This document shows positions 27,475 through 44,542 of a DNA stretch of 64,000 bases, in pieces (the stretch's first letter is position 1; the number at the start of each line of letters is the position of its first letter). The notes below the pieces were generated by a model, which did no database searches, was not told the origin of the DNA, and saw only the letters and a program-made list of their open reading frames with translations. The stretch is from the human T2T-CHM13v2.0 reference genome, Homo sapiens: assembly GCF_009914755.1 (NCBI RefSeq), contig NC_060937.1; one strand, 5' to 3'. The position numbers and the translations under genes were made by a program.

Positions 27475-27931
27475 TAAATGTAATCAGCTGTGTTGATAAG
27501 ATATGATTTAATATGCAAATATAGTGTTGTTGAAGTGGACTGTTCCTTTAGCTGCATTGGGAGTTACCGTGAGTTAAAGACACTGAAGATAAAGGTTAAA
27601 ACCAATTTCAGTGACATAGAACCCTATCAAGTCAAAGAGGATGGAAAAAAAAATAGGGAGGACATTGAGGATGCCTGCATTGTCTGTCAAAATGCAGCTG
27701 TAGTCTTACTCTAGTCCTCTGCGTACACTAGGCTTATGGCATCTCCCAATTTTGTATGGGCCCAGAATACAACATTTTCTTCCTTTTAATGACTGGGAAT
27801 TCAGTCAGTATTCTTGGAGAAGAGAAGGTTTTAAATTGGGGAATATGATACATAAAAATACATCTGGATGTGTCTTGGTAAACTTCTCTTAAACCCTGGG
27901 TGCAATGAATTGACTAACCAGTTTTTAGTAA

Positions 27932-28279
<348 letters not shown>

Positions 28280-28405
28280 TAAAACCTCTCTATGAGAATT
28301 GTGTAGTATCACAACTGTACCAACAAAGTCCACATATAAATGCCTGTCTAGGTTTACCTGAGTATTTGTCAGCCTAATTGTAAGGTAATTTTTCTGTCTT
28401 TGCAG

Positions 28406-28510
28406 AAAGAACGGAAGGAAAAAATCTGGGACCCTGTTCACAGAGTGGCCCTTGCAGAAGCCTGTAGAAAACAGGAAGAATTTGATGTTGCCAACAACGG
28501 CTCTTCTCAA
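28406..28510 (+). CDS. TPP2: TPP2 exon 4 (105 nt)
   Basis: tttgcag|; [35 protein letters not shown]; weak donor CAA|GTTGGT. Confidence 0.95.
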
Positions 28511-28909
28511 GTTGGTGCTAGTCGATTTCATTTAAACATTACCCTAGAACCATATTCCCATAGAGTTTCTACAGAACTAATAGACTGTTTTTCCACAAGT
28601 TTTCTTTTTTCACAAATTTTCTTTTAAGTTGGTTAATTTTACTAATTTTTCCTTTATTATTTATCCTCAAGTCAATGTACATATGTATGAATTTTTAAAA
28701 TTTAACACATAATACACGTAGGGTAAAAGTACATAAATTGTGTTTGGTTATGAATTCTCCCATGAAAGCTGCACCTAGGAATTTCTCTTGTGCCCCTTCC
28801 TTGTCACTGCTCCCTTTTTCCTTCCGAAAGACAACCACCACCTTGACTTCTAACACTGCAGATGATTTTGCCTATTTTGATTTGTGTAAAATGGAACCAT
28901 GTAGTATGG

Positions 28910-29224
<315 letters not shown>

Positions 29225-29759
29225 ATGTATTCTCTAATTATATGTATTATTGTCACTTTTAAAAAGGGTTTCAAAATACTTCATTTTTCAGTTAATATAT
29301 TAGACCTCAAGGTCCTTGTTTCAAAACATGGGAGGGTGTAGTCCTTGGTTCCCATATACTGATTTGTGGAATTGATACTGATGAACTGATTATCTCTAAG
29401 TCACCTGAATTATTTTAAAAGTAATTAAGTTTTCCGGGCTTTATCCCCTGATAATTCTGATTTACTAAGTGGGATTAGAAACAGCATCGATGTTTGTGAT
29501 AGCCTTTACATGATTGTGATTTGCGTGAAATTTAGTAATTATTGGCCAAGATAATAATTTGCTATCCTACTAGTTTCTGATGTGACAGCCTCAGATTATC
29601 ATAAGGACAAATAACTTGCTCAGGATTGCACAGCTAAGTTGCTGAATTGAGATTTGAATCCATATTTCTTCCCTCTAGGTTAATACTCACACCACACTAT
29701 TTATAGAAGGCAGATTGATTTTAAGCAATATTAAGTGCTTTTGATCAAAGACGACTACC

Positions 29760-29950
29760 TTTTTCAATAAATTGCCAAATAGTAAATATTTTTAGTACTC
29801 TCTTATGACTGCTCAACACTCCCCTTGTATCATGAAAACCTAGGCAATATGTAACTGAACCAGGAAGGCCATGTTCCAGTAAAGCTTCATTTACACAACT
29901 TTGTCACAGGCTAGATTTGGCCCATGCACCATGATTTGTCAACCCCTGCT
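29760..29950. mobile_element. MER58-type DNA transposon fossil
   Basis: AATAGTAAATATTTT...TGTTCCAGTAAAGCTTCATTTACA...GATTTGGCCC...TTTGTCAACCCCTG. Confidence 0.6.
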
Positions 29951-30731
29951 GGATCTTAATATAGTAACATAGTCTAGAGATATTCGTCTCAATTTCAGTA
30001 TTTATATGCCTTTCTATCTCCCAGCTTATTTCTGTTTAAACCAGTCATTTTCCTAATTATTTGAGTACCTAACTTATTTTTTTATATACACTCTAGGTTA
30101 GAGAAATGTTTTGGAGAGGTAACACCTGCTAGTGCCAGTTGTTGTCTAGTGTGTACGTAATCGAATTTAAAGCACTTGGTTTTATTCATGACCACAGAGC
30201 TAAAATAAGGCTTCACTTACCCCCATTAAATGCTTCTATTTAACATAGCAGTTTCTAAAAGATATAAGATGATTCATGGGTTTTATTATTTATTTGGATT
30301 CTTAAGAAATAAATTTGAGATAGAATAGGTCCTGATATAAAAATCTAAAAGTCAATAGATAACCTATTTTGTAGCAGTTTTAGAGTTGCTTTTGGAAATA
30401 AGTTAGATAACAAATATGTAACAAGCATATCTTGGCTAAATGGAATCACCAACGTGTAGCACAGTGTATTTCCCAAAGCAGGCCTAGTGAGTGAATAAAT
30501 GAGATTGAGTAAAATAACTGTTTTTTAGATCTTTATTAATTAGATCTGTATTAATGGGTATCTGCTTCATTGAATTGAATGACAAGTTGCATAGATAGAA
30601 CAAAATTTTCTTACATTTTTTCAGGGTAAAATAATTTTACTATGGATTAACATTGTATCTTTGGCTGTATGTTAATACAACTTTTAGAAGGACAGAATGT
30701 ACTAATGTTAATCAGTTTTCCAACTGACTAG

Positions 30732-30856
30732 GCAAATAAACTAATCAAGGAGGAACTTCAAAGTCAAGTGGAATTGCTAAATTCTTTTGAGAAGAAATAC
30801 AGCGATCCTGGCCCTGTATATGACTGCTTGGTATGGCATGATGGCGAAGTCTGGAG
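30732..30856 (+). CDS. TPP2: TPP2 exon 5 (125 nt)
   Basis: ctgactag|; [41 protein letters not shown](R); donor GAG|GTAAAC. Confidence 0.96.
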
Positions 30857-33800
30857 GTAAACTTCATGTATTTTATACATCTTCATTTACAAATGTTTTC
30901 TTTTCTACTCTGAAAAACATTAAATGCTCAGAGCTGCACAGAATTTTGGTTTATTCGTGATATCACTCAGCAAAATCATTTAAGGGCCAAATTGGCATCT
31001 GGGTAGTTTTGGACAAGCCCCTTGAACTTCTAGTTATAATTATTGACACTAAACCTGACTTTTATCTGATTTAAATAAACTTACTTCATTAATAATTTAT
31101 TAGTATGTTGACCATCCGTATATTTGGAAATGTTTCCTCATTTGTTAATTGAGATAGTGGTGCTTACAGGGCTTTGTGAAAATTAAATTTGATGTTTCTA
31201 GATATAGTAAGCAATCAATGTACGCTGTTGCTGCTGCTGTTTCTATTACTAAAACTAATAATAATAATGCGATTTATACCAAGTTACCCATCATGTACGT
31301 TTTTTAGTTTCTTTTTTAGTGCCTTATATACTGCATATGTGCTTCTTGGAGTTGATTAGTCTGCCTTCTTGAGTTACTATCTGCATGAAAACAGGAAGAC
31401 ATTGTTAATACAGATATTTAGCCATATGTGTGCTTTAGGATTTCTGCAAAAAAAAAACAAACAAACAGGGACTATTTCTTAAACTTGTAGTCAAGAATTA
31501 CTTGTAGTCTGCGTCCCTGCTTATACACAAAGAATTGCATCACAAGGTGGGGCACACACAGATCATGCCATGACTGCTTCCTCACTGCTCTCACAATTGT
31601 TCACCTTCACAGTGCACCCTTCTTAAAGGAGGGTTCTCCTCCCACGTGTGCAGGTACTAACTCATCTTTCATCAAAGGTGTATGCAATGTTAAGTTGAAT
31701 GAGAAATTTCTGCTCAATTTGGGGATGATGGTGTTAATAAAATAACTGCACATAACTCTTTCAATCTAGATATTAAATATTAATGCACTTTTGTGTGTAT
31801 TCATACATGTTGTTTTGTTGTGTGCATATGCATACACGTTTTGAAAAATTATTTTCCAGAGGCTTTATACAGAATAATAAACCTTGATACATCCACCATC
31901 TGGGGTAACATGATACAGTCACACTCAGTGATAAGCCTTAGGTGCGTTTTAGTGTGGGAAAGGAGGCAAGGTTAAATTCAAGGAAAATGCTAAATACGAA
32001 ACAGAGTATATTTAGGAAAGTATATACTACAAAAGAACTTAAAGAAATACTAAAATATTAGCAGGGATTGAGTAGTGAGGCAATAGGTGGTTTCATTTAA
32101 AGTGTTTGCTCTAGGTTCTGAAAACACTGCAGATTACTTTGTCTTAGGAAAAGGAATCCGGAGTCAGGATGTCCAGGGTACCAGTGTGTGTTTCCACAAG
32201 ATTTCCTTGGTCTTCAAGGTGCTTGATAAAGTGACTCACTTGTAGCAGTTTGTTGACAACTATTCTAAGGGTTTTGTTTAGAACTTTTGAGTTAGAAATG
32301 AAATTTAATCTAACATTAAGTGAAATAAAATCTGAAATCTCAGAATAACATTTTAGAACATTTTATTATAATAAATGAATATAGCATAATTATACTTTCA
32401 GGTGGTACTAGATATAATGTAACTTTTTTGCATAATACAGTATATCCTATAGGGCTTTGATCTCAGAGATCCAAAATTTTTTGAAGAGAACCTTGTAGAT
32501 CCCAGGGTACATAAGGTTAATCCAGTCCTGTCTGCAGATGTTCTCATTTCACATTTCAAAAATGCCAACCATTTCTGAAGGGAGGTAAAGTGACCTATTC
32601 TTTAAGTACCGTGGGTTTTTTGTTTTGTTTTGTTTGATGACGAATGTCCAGTCTGTGCTCTCCCTGCCACATTTCTGCTAATTGTTTAGCGCGTATCTCT
32701 GCACTTAACGGGTGGCCTCAGATGACTCTGTTCTGAGCATCTGTCAGGACGCAGAGCCTCAGACTCATTGTCACTCCAAATGGAACAAAAACTGGTTGAG
32801 AGAAACAGTGTTTACAGAGGATTACATAAAGGAGAAGCTATTAGTTGATTTCTTTACAGTGGATTTTGACCTTGCTTATGTCATGTTTCCTTTTAGATTC
32901 TTGATGAAAGCTCTAGATTCTTTCCATAGAAAATTGAGAGATGTGTGAAAATGTCGAGAAATACATAAAACAAAAGCCTTTTCTCTCATCCTCCCCACTT
33001 ACATGTACCCTGCTCTGTGTATGAGCCTCATTTTGATATCCTTTCTCTGTATTCTAGCTGCTACTTGAATTCAGTCAACTAGACCTTCAGAAAGTTATAA
33101 CCTTGCACCACATTCATACTTGTCTTCTGTCGTGTTATTTAGAGAAGTCAGTAATAATTTATGTTTTGATGTGTTGGTTGTATTGTTGAGTCATTCCAAT
33201 GATGGTGGTTATAAGAAACTGACCTGTGGAATGTGTCACTGTATTTGCTGTGAGAATGTTGTTAAGGATGATGATTTCGTTAATTCCTTAATCATGTGGC
33301 AGATGTTTATTGAGTACCTTCTTTGTACCAGGTTGACACCATAGAAGCTACTCCATGGACTCTAGATTCCATGGAAGCAAGTGTTGGGAACGTCTGAACC
33401 AGTCTAGGAAGAATCGAGAAAGATTTCCCAAAAGTATTAATAACATCTTACATTGAGACTTGAAGGATCATCACAGTAAACTAAGCAGAGAGGTAGAAGG
33501 GGTGGGGGAAAGATCCAGAGGATGTTGGAGGAACTGTGAGAAGTTTGGTGTGGCCACAGAGGATATGATGGGAGCAGGAGGTGAGGGAGGTGAGCAGATG
33601 ATTATTAGGGGCATTGCTCTGGAGTTTCAATGTTAAGAGCCGTTGGAAGACATGGAAGGTTTTCAGCAGGAGTCAAATGTAGGGGCAGAGCAGGCCATCA
33701 GCTCATCAGGCAACAGCGGTAAGGAAGAGACAGTGGAAATAGGCGGACACATTATGGAGATGGGACTGTGCGGTTAGATGGGCTGGGGGAAGAACAGAGG

Positions 33801-34886
33801 GAGGACTTTGTAGATGACTTCCAGGATGGATGCTGGCCGATTGCATAAATTTTGGAGACAAGTGCTACTTCTGTAGCATGTGGAAGATTTGGTGACATGC
33901 ATTTTACCCACTAATCTCAAGCCTGATTCTGTTTAATATGTGACTTGTTTGCTCTTTGCTTCATTTTCTCCATAAGTGTTTAGTTTCCTATACCTTCGTA
34001 TATTCTATTATTTGAAATTACATCAGTCATATTAGGGCAATGCATAAAAACAAATTTTTAAGAATCCTTTTTTCCAAAGTGTTGTAATTTGTTAATGAAA
34101 TATGCTTCAGTATTTATGATAAATCATCTCTCTGTGCTCTACCAGTAGGCTTCTATTAATTTACTTGGCAATTTTGACTGACTTGCATAGCTTGTTAAAA
34201 TACAGTTCTTGCATTTAAAACATACTTAGAGCTAAAAACATAATATTGAACTTTTAATGATGTTCATTTCATTTATGACTTTTTGAATATTAAGTGTATT
34301 TTGTTTTAATCAGGCTATCTTCTAAAGTGTTCGGAATATAATTTAAAAACTATTTTAGTTAGTAAAATGGAAAAAACATGAAGGAAGACAACCATAAAGT
34401 AATGTAGAAAATGCCTTCTGTGAGAAATAAATTTAAGTCTGTTATAACTATAGGACTGAAGCTCAGTAAAATTCACCTAGTTTCAAAGAGCTTGTGTAAG
34501 CCGTTAGATTCTTGAAGCCATTACTAAAAGAAGCAGCTGGAAGTTAGACCTAGGCCATGTGTCTGAACTATCCTAAACTGCTCTAAAACTCTAAGCCAAG
34601 TTTTAGCTGTAATTCTTAAGAGTCCAGGTGGTTTTTAACCTAGAGTTTTGTGAAGGAGGGTATTTTTAAAGCACTTTGTGCATGATTTAAGAACTGGTTG
34701 CTGTAAGCTATCTTACCTAATCCTTACTGCCCACTCTAAGAAACAGGCTAAACCAGGCAGTCATTATATTTATATTTGTTGTGGTAGAGGTAGTAGTATA
34801 GTAAAATAGTGGAGAGACTATGTTACATGATTTTTAGAAAGGTAAGAAAATAAATTTTACTGTCTCCATTTCTTTTTAATTAATAG

Positions 34887-35050
34887 AGCCTGCATTGATT
34901 CTAATGAAGATGGGGACTTGAGTAAATCTACCGTGTTGAGAAACTACAAAGAAGCCCAAGAATATGGCTCTTTTGGCACAGCTGAGATGTTGAATTACTC
35001 CGTTAATATATACGATGATGGAAACCTGCTCTCCATTGTGACCAGCGGAG
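34887..35050 (+). CDS. TPP2: TPP2 exon 6 (164 nt)
   Basis: taatag|; [54 protein letters not shown]; donor GAG|GTATCC. Confidence 0.96.
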
Positions 35051-35227
35051 GTATCCCATTTCAGATTGACCAATGAGATATAGATTTATGAGGTGATAAA
35101 GTGGTACGTTGCGATAGCTCACAGCAACCTTCTAGAGAATTTTAAGCTAGAGATCGTAGCTAAAGGACTAGGTCCAGAATCATAAAGGTGATTTGATTTA
35201 CCTGCAAGATGTTGTTTTTTAAGGTCA

Positions 35228-35644
<417 letters not shown>

Positions 35645-35785
35645 TCACCCATGAGTACAGAGAATCAGATAAAAGAATCCTCACTACGGCACTCTGTGTG
35701 ATTTCAAAAAAGTTGGAAACTAAATACCTATTAACAAAAAAATATATTTTTTAAACAACTGTGTGTTATTCTTATTGTGAAATAC

Positions 35786-36055
35786 AGTCATCCTTTGGTA
35801 TCTGGGGGGATTGGTTCTGGAATGTCCCTCAGATGCTCAAGTACCTGATACAAAATGACATAGTGTTTGTGTATAACCTACACACATGCTCTCCCATGTG
35901 CTTTCAGCATCTCTACATGACTTCTAATACCTTATAGTATGTAAGTGCTATATAAATAGTTGTTATACTGTAGTTTTTTAATATTTATATTTTTGATCCG
36001 TGGTTGGTTAAATTGCATGTAGTTGGTGCGGAACCTGTGGATACAGAGGGCCGAA
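35786..36055. mobile_element. MER2/Tigger-type fossil
   Basis: CAGTCATCCTTTGGTATC.GGGGGATTGGTTC ... GGAACCTGTGGATACAGAGGGCCGA. Confidence 0.8.
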
Positions 36056-36849
36056 TATATTATATAGCAATCAAAATGCTGTGTGTATAAACCCCTAATA
36101 CATAAATTATATTGAAAAAATATGTACTGATGATAAAACTTGTAAAATTCTAAAACATGCCGAATAGTACTATGCAGTGTTTATAGATATGTGTGTTTAT
36201 ATCGTGAAAATGTTAAATATATAGATGGAAAGATTATGCACACCAGCTCCAGGATGGTGGCTACTTCTGGGGGAAGTTCTCCCTCCCAGGGTAGGGGGAA
36301 AAAGGAGAATGAAGTGGGATGACTTTAACTCTTTAACGTCCCCCTCCTACCTCCCAGTTCATTGAGGTATAGCTTAAGTACAAAAACTTCACATACATAC
36401 ATATACATAATTTGATAAGCTTTTATGTAAATATATCAGTATATCCAGGAAACCACCACAATCAAGGTAATGAACATACTCATTACCCCCAAAAGTTTGC
36501 TCTCTCTATTATCCAGCCTTTCTCCACCCACATCCCGGGGAACCACTGATCTGTTTTCTGTCACTCCAGATTATTTCACACTTTCCAGAATTTTATGTAA
36601 GTGGAATAAAAAATATGGTTTTCTTTCCTTCACTCAGCATAATGATTTTGAGATTCATTAATGTTATGATTATAAAGCTGGCTCTTTATTTCTGAGTAAT
36701 AGTTCTTTATATAGCTACACCACAGTTTGTTTATCCAGCTTCCCATTGATGGACGTTTAGATTGTTTTGGTATCTGTCGACATATATTTTTATTTATTTT
36801 TGGGCTGATAGCTGAGAGAACCAGTTGGATATGGTAAACATGTACTTAA

Positions 36850-37467
<618 letters not shown>

Positions 37468-38960
37468 TTTTTTAAGAAATATTCAAGCTGTTACCTAAAG
37501 GGGCTGTACCCTTTTCACTCCCACCATGGTGTGTGAGAATTCCAGGTGCTCTGTATCCTCAGCAACACTTGCTGTGGTCAGTCTTAATAGTGGTCATTCT
37601 AACTGGTGTAAGGTGTTTTGAAGGAAAAAATCACATTAAACTTGTGCTCTCCCAATTTTATCTGGGGAAAGAAATAAGAAAGCCAGAATCCGCAACATTG
37701 GGCGAATGTTTTCTTGCATGACAGCAGCTGGCTAGAGCAGAGGAGTCTCAGCATTGCTGCAGACCCTGTTTCAAAGCCACATAGAGATGCCTGCCTACTT
37801 CTCCTGGAGCTCCAACACACTATAGTCCCCAAACATTAAGGCCCAGTGCCAGTTGTCATTTATCATTGTGCTTGTATTATTGTTTTTCTGAGACTAGTGG
37901 GATATTTCTCTATATTCATGTCTTTTAAGAAACTTTTTCACTAAAAGGCTAGTTTTTTGTTTTAGTATTACTTTATATATAACATGTACAAAAACAGATA
38001 CAAATCACAAGTTGTACAACTCTTTGAATTACCACAAAGTGGACACTTCTTTGTAACTACAACTCAGGTCAAGAAATGAAACATAATGAAACTCCCATCA
38101 TGCCCCTTCCTAATCAGTAATGTACCCTCCCACCTCCTACAGTTAACTACTATCCTGATCTCCATTGCCACATTAGTTTGGACCATATGATGTTGCTGTT
38201 TTTGTGATCGGAAATGATAAAATAGTGGCAGTTTCAGATGGTTCAGCCTTTTTTTCATTTATATGAAAATTCAATATACATTTTTGTATGTGACTTCTTT
38301 AGTTCAGCCTTATTTTTGTGAGCTTTATCTCATAGTACATAGTAGTAGTTTATTGCTGTATAATTGTCAGTTCTATGAATTGATGTACATGTAACCATTT
38401 ACTGTTAATGAATCTTGTGGTTGTTTTTAAGTTTTTGAATTTTATAAACAGTGTTGCCATGAACATTTTTGTGGGTGTCTTAGTTACATGTGCACACATT
38501 TTGTTATTGTGTGTACCTAGAGGTAGGATGGCTGGCTCATAGGCTGTGGCAGTGTTCAGCTTTCACTCCAGCCAGCAGTGTATGATATGTACTTCCATCC
38601 ACACTTGCTTTGTCAGCCTTTAATATTTTGGCAATTCTAAAAGGTACGTAGAAGCATCTTTTTGTGGCTTAATTTGCGTTTCCTAGATGACGAATGAAAT
38701 TAAACATCTTTTCGTGTGTTTATTTGCCCTTTGGGTATCTTCTTTTATAAAATGCTTTTTCAAATGTTTGAAGGGGGGATTCTCCCTTTTTTTATTGTGA
38801 ATTTGAAAGATTTTTATATATTCTGGATATAAAGCTCTTTGTCAGCTATACATGTTGCAAATACTTTCCTTTGTGACTTGAGTTTTTGCTCTCCATGAAC
38901 AGGGTAGCAGAGTAATGTGTATTCTTTTTATCATGATTAATAATATGCAAATTGAATTGA

Positions 38961-39209
<249 letters not shown>

Positions 39210-39851
39210 TAATGATCTTGGATATTTTTAGGTTTATAAGTGCTCCTAGTTTACCAAGAATACATTGAACTATATATAGTGTACAGGACTTTTAACAAAG
39301 CAAAAATATTTACTAATTTATTTTTAAATTATTTTTATTAAATATTATTAGGATTTGGCCTAACCTTTGTGAAAAAATTACTTACTTCATACTCGTCATT
39401 TCTAGCAAATCTCCTAACAAGCAATTTTGAGATACTTAAAAAGAAAGACCTCTTAGCCAGCTTTCTCCATCAGCCTAAGAGGAATTTAAAACCTCAGCTA
39501 ACATTCTGTACATCATTTTAACGTAGGAAAGTATATTTAATTTTAGTGATTTTTTAACCTAGGAAGGACCATTCCATTCCCTCTACCTCTGTCCCCCTCT
39601 AACCCCACTCTTTTCTAGAAATGCTAGTTTTTTGTTTTTTTTTTTAATGACTACTTTTTTATGTGTCTCCTCCTACCTTTTTGTGTTTATGTGCTTATAT
39701 GTCCAGGTATATGGTGATATGCCTGGAGGTAACTTATAAATTAGAATATGATTGGCTAAGAAACTATAGGATTATATATATGCCCTTATTTTACTGGCTA
39801 ATCTGTTTCTGTAAATTGCTGCCTAAACTAGAGTCTTAATCTCTTTAATAG

Positions 39852-39928
39852 ATGATAGAAGTTATAAATCATAAGTGTGATCTTGTCAACTACAGTTACG
39901 GAGAAGCAACTCACTGGCCAAATTCTGG
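39852..39928 (+). CDS. TPP2: TPP2 exon 8 (77 nt)
   Basis: ttaatag|; MIEVINHKCDLVNYSYGEATHWPNS(G); donor TGG|GTGAGT. Confidence 0.96.
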
Positions 39929-41485
39929 GTGAGTGTTCCTTGACAGTTGTTTAGCCATAGAACCTTAGCCAGTGAAGAGTATGAGATGTTTTTCATAAGT
40001 GGATTGAGTGTCACGGTGGAAGAAAGAACAGTTGCAGTGGTTAGATGATAACTGTGTTCAAGAGGACTTTCATCCTCTTGAAGTCCTGTTTGGCTCGTAG
40101 GCCGCACACCCCCGTTCCTGTGTTCACATCTGTGACGATGTTAATGCTGTTCACTGCACCATGCCTGAAGTCTCAACTCTGAGCATGCCTGTGCTGTCCT
40201 TTGTGGCTCTTCCTTGGTTAGGTCTCCCTCACAGTTCTTCTGAGATATGCAACCCACAGACTCTGGTGTTTTTTCACTGTCAGATGCACTGCATCCTCAC
40301 TTCTCTTCCCAGGCAATTTAGATCTGACAATCTGTCTATCATTATAATTACTAGTTCCACAAGCACTCTGAAGCCATCCTCAGTTGTATATACATACCCG
40401 ACAGACGCCCAGACTTGCTGAAATTTTGCTATTCTCTTTAGTGACTTGCATCTCATCTGCAAAACTTACTGTTGGTTGCGTATGTTCACTAACTCGGTCA
40501 GTTTTCACATCTCCTCAATCCATTCTAGTGTGTCTAGGATGCACCCCCACTCCCCTCCTTCCTCGTTGGCTTCATTGTCTTTCTGCTGCCAAATCCAGTG
40601 TCATGGCCTTGACCTAATGTTACCTTCCTTTTTTTCTTCATAGTAGTAGCTATTTGAAATTACCTCGAGTATTTACTTGTTGATCATCTCTCCCCCATTC
40701 CCATCACCAAGCTATCATCTGGTTTTTGAGACATCACTTTACGGTCCTCGTAACATGCACCCTGTTATCATGAGTCATTTCATTCTTCCCTCTTCTCTCA
40801 CTTCTTTATTTTACTTAACTGTATTTCTTTCTCTACTTTAACTTTCATCCTCTTGAAGCCCTCTTTTGCTAATATTCTTCCCTTTCTCAGATACTCACAC
40901 TTACAACTTTGAAGGGTCCTGTGCATGGCTCTGTACCTTTTTAATGTTAACTTCATTTTCTTCTTCATGGTATAACCTCATCTCCTCTACTTAATGTCAG
41001 TATATTTTTCTTGTTTGCTGTCAAGCTCTAAGCAGGTTTCTTACACTTTAAAATCTTGCTCTTAAGTTCTTCCTAGTGCCTTAGTTACCTTTTCCACAAA
41101 AGATACTGGTTCTTTTGGTCAATTTCTACTCATAATTGTATGTACGAATCTTCTGAGGTGTGTCTTCAGGACTATGTTAACTGGGGGATGGAAATAGAAC
41201 CACCTATTGCCCGAGTCACTACTAATATTTTACTACCTTGTAGTATATTTTCCCATATATATTGTTTTGCACCTAGCATTTTCCCCACATTTAATTTGGC
41301 CTTATAACTGCTTCCCTACCCTAAAGCCCAAGTAGGGTATATCACTTAGAATGGCTGTATCATGTTCCACCAAGGGTGGATGTACCAAAATTTATGTAGC
41401 CATATATTTAAACAAGGTTTTGGTACTATATACACTTTGGGAATAGAGGCTGATTATATGTTCAAAGGAATTCTCTCTTTTTCAG

Positions 41486-41613
41486 GAGAATTTGTGAAGT
41501 AATTAATGAAGCAGTATGGAAGCATAATATAATTTATGTTTCAAGTGCTGGAAATAATGGTCCATGCCTGTCTACAGTTGGTTGTCCAGGTGGAACTACA
41601 TCAAGTGTGATAG
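41486..41613 (+). CDS. TPP2: TPP2 exon 9 (128 nt), oxyanion-hole Asn362
   Basis: tttttcag|; [42 protein letters not shown]; SAGN subtilase motif; donor TAG|GTTAGT. Confidence 0.97.
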
Positions 41614-42086
41614 GTTAGTTTCCTGTTTTAGAAATAGATTTGTTTAGAAACAAGCAAACAAAAAACAATAGTTAATGAAATGTTACCTGTATCTCTGCTA
41701 CACGTAAGACACTGTACACCTTAAGTGTGTCCTCAGGAAACTTATAGTCTGGTAGGGGAACCAGCACATCTAGAACTGACCGTAATTTAAAGTGGACTGA
41801 AATAAGTGGTTTCATAGAAATACACATGCATGCTTTTAGGTGCATTAGCATATTTAGTCTAAAATATCCTGGGATAAATAATCCTGGGAGATAGGTATTT
41901 TGTATCCAAAAGCAAAGTTCTTAGTAAAATGTCTGGTACATAGTAGACTTTCGTTGTTTCCTTATTAAATTTTATTCTTCCATCGTATTAGAGAGAGGAC
42001 TGGTGTTGAGAGATTAGGCAGTTTACTCAAGTGAACAGTGGATTTGGAATCAGGATCCCCGTTTGTTTTCTTTTCTTAATGATTAA

Positions 42087-42200
<114 letters not shown>

Positions 42201-43970
42201 TAGGTGCAGGTAGAACGCGGAACCATTACGTATATTCGGTTAAACTTTACACTGTTGAGAAGGGCAGAGTTTTAGATAAGTTTGCTAGTTTTTTTCTGTT
42301 GGTTTTTACTTTTTTTTCAGTATTTTCATTTTGATTAACAGTCTCATCTCAGGGACAGATAAATAAAATAAATGAAATAGTTTCATTGTTACATGGAGAA
42401 CATCACTATTCTGAGTATAAATTCTTATTCCTATATCCATAATTCTTCATTTATAAGAATCTAAAGAAAAAGTAGGGACTTGGATATCTTTATATAGTAG
42501 TGATGGCCTTGTTTTAAATAGTTTTTGATATTTGAACTTTGGTGAAATGAAAGCCCTAAGCTTTTATAAAGCATCACAGTCATAGGGCCCACGTACCTGT
42601 GGCTCATGTCTTTGAAGTTATAACTTACTTTGAGCAATTTTGGGTGAGATCCAAAAGTAAACAAGTTCTGACTGAGAAATGAAGTCTATCTCTTTTGGTT
42701 CCCTGAAGCCCTCTGAACTACATTTATCTGATTCTGTGAACTGATTTTCTGAAGAGGTATATTAAGTCCTAATTTATGTAATTCTTCGTTATATCATCAG
42801 CGGGTACATGCACCTTCTGAAAAATAAAGCCTATTTTAATTCATCTGTTTGGAGTTAATTTATAAAAAGAATAGACTTTGAATTTAGTTCAGCAAATACC
42901 TTAGTGCCTACAGTGGGCAAGGCATAAACGAACAGTTTGTGATCTGAGTTTCAAATGCCATTTTAGTATGATGGGACTCCAGAGGTGGGAGCAATCACTT
43001 GAGCCCTTCATGGAGAAGACGGTATTGAAGTTGACCTTAAAGGATGGATAGGATGTTGAGAGACAGAAGAAAGGAGTTCTATATGCCAAGAATAACATGA
43101 ACCCAAAGATGAGCAGGTTTCAGTGTAAAGTTTTTTGAGGACATAACTAGTAACTGAGTATGTTTGAAGTATAAGATTAGTGGGGAATATTGGAAGATAA
43201 GATTAGAAAAATTGATTGTGCTCAGGTGAGATGCAATAATGTTATATTCTTTGAGTTACAGATATCTTCCTCATTTTCTCTAGGTGGTTTCCTCTTTAAA
43301 AAATAAACTTATCTTAGTAGCTTATTATAAAGTGTCATTGAAAACAACCAGGCCGTGGATATCCACATGGATCAGAAAGCTTTGCTTTGCGCTGTCATTG
43401 TAGACTGCCCCTGCCAGCCCAGCTAAAGACACTCAATAAGAGTGGCTTAGGAGAAGAGCCAAAAGTCAGCAAAGCTTGATGTGTTTTTGTTCAGTTAATA
43501 AAAGTGTAAAATTATTAAACTTATTCTCTTCTAAAACTGAGTTTGGAATTTTAAGTTTTATCTTATTGTCAGTGTAAAAACAAAGTATTAGAGAATGTTT
43601 AAACCAGCCTTTGCCGATACTCGCCATAGAGCATTTAAAGAATTATTTTAAGAAAACACCAAGGAGTTCATGAATTATGGGGGAAGCTTGGATTAAAGTA
43701 GATACTGATTCACAAAGCAGATGTTCTAAGAATTGAATTTGTTTCATTTTTCATAAACATGAAATAATATTAGAAATAATTTGCTTTAATTATTACATTA
43801 GATGGTATAAAATATGAAACATTGATTAATGGTCACTGAACAGAGCATGTTCTGTAATCTTTGAAAAACGCTGCCTCTGCATCAGCATTGACTGAGACAC
43901 ACAGCAACTACTGACTTCCAGGCATTTGCACGTGTGGCATATTTCTTAAAGACGTATTACCAAATGTCTG

Positions 43971-44147
43971 GGCCGGGTGCAGTGGCTCACGCCTGTAATC
44001 CCACCACACCACTTTTGGAGGCCAAGGTAGGTGAATCACTTGAGGTCAGGAGTTCAAGACCAGCCTGGCCAACGTGGTGAAATCCCATCTCTACTAAAAA
44101 TATAAAATTTAGCTGGGCATGGTGGTGGGTGCATGTAATCACAGCTA
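43971..44147 (+). mobile_element. Partial Alu (left arm and start of right arm)
   Basis: GGCCGGGTGCAGTGGCTCACGCCTGTAATCCC...CTACTAAAAA...GTAATCACAGCTAC, then stops. Confidence 0.9.
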
Positions 44148-44152
44148 CATAA

Positions 44153-44542
<390 letters not shown>

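Noticed and set aside
30525-30556. 16-bp tandem duplication TTAGATCT(T/G)TATTAAT
   Set aside because: AT-rich two-copy micro-duplication with no sign of function.
42360-42375. AATAAA after exon 10 as an intronic polyadenylation site
   Set aside because: AATAAA is frequent in these AT-rich introns and nothing else in the sequence singles this one out.
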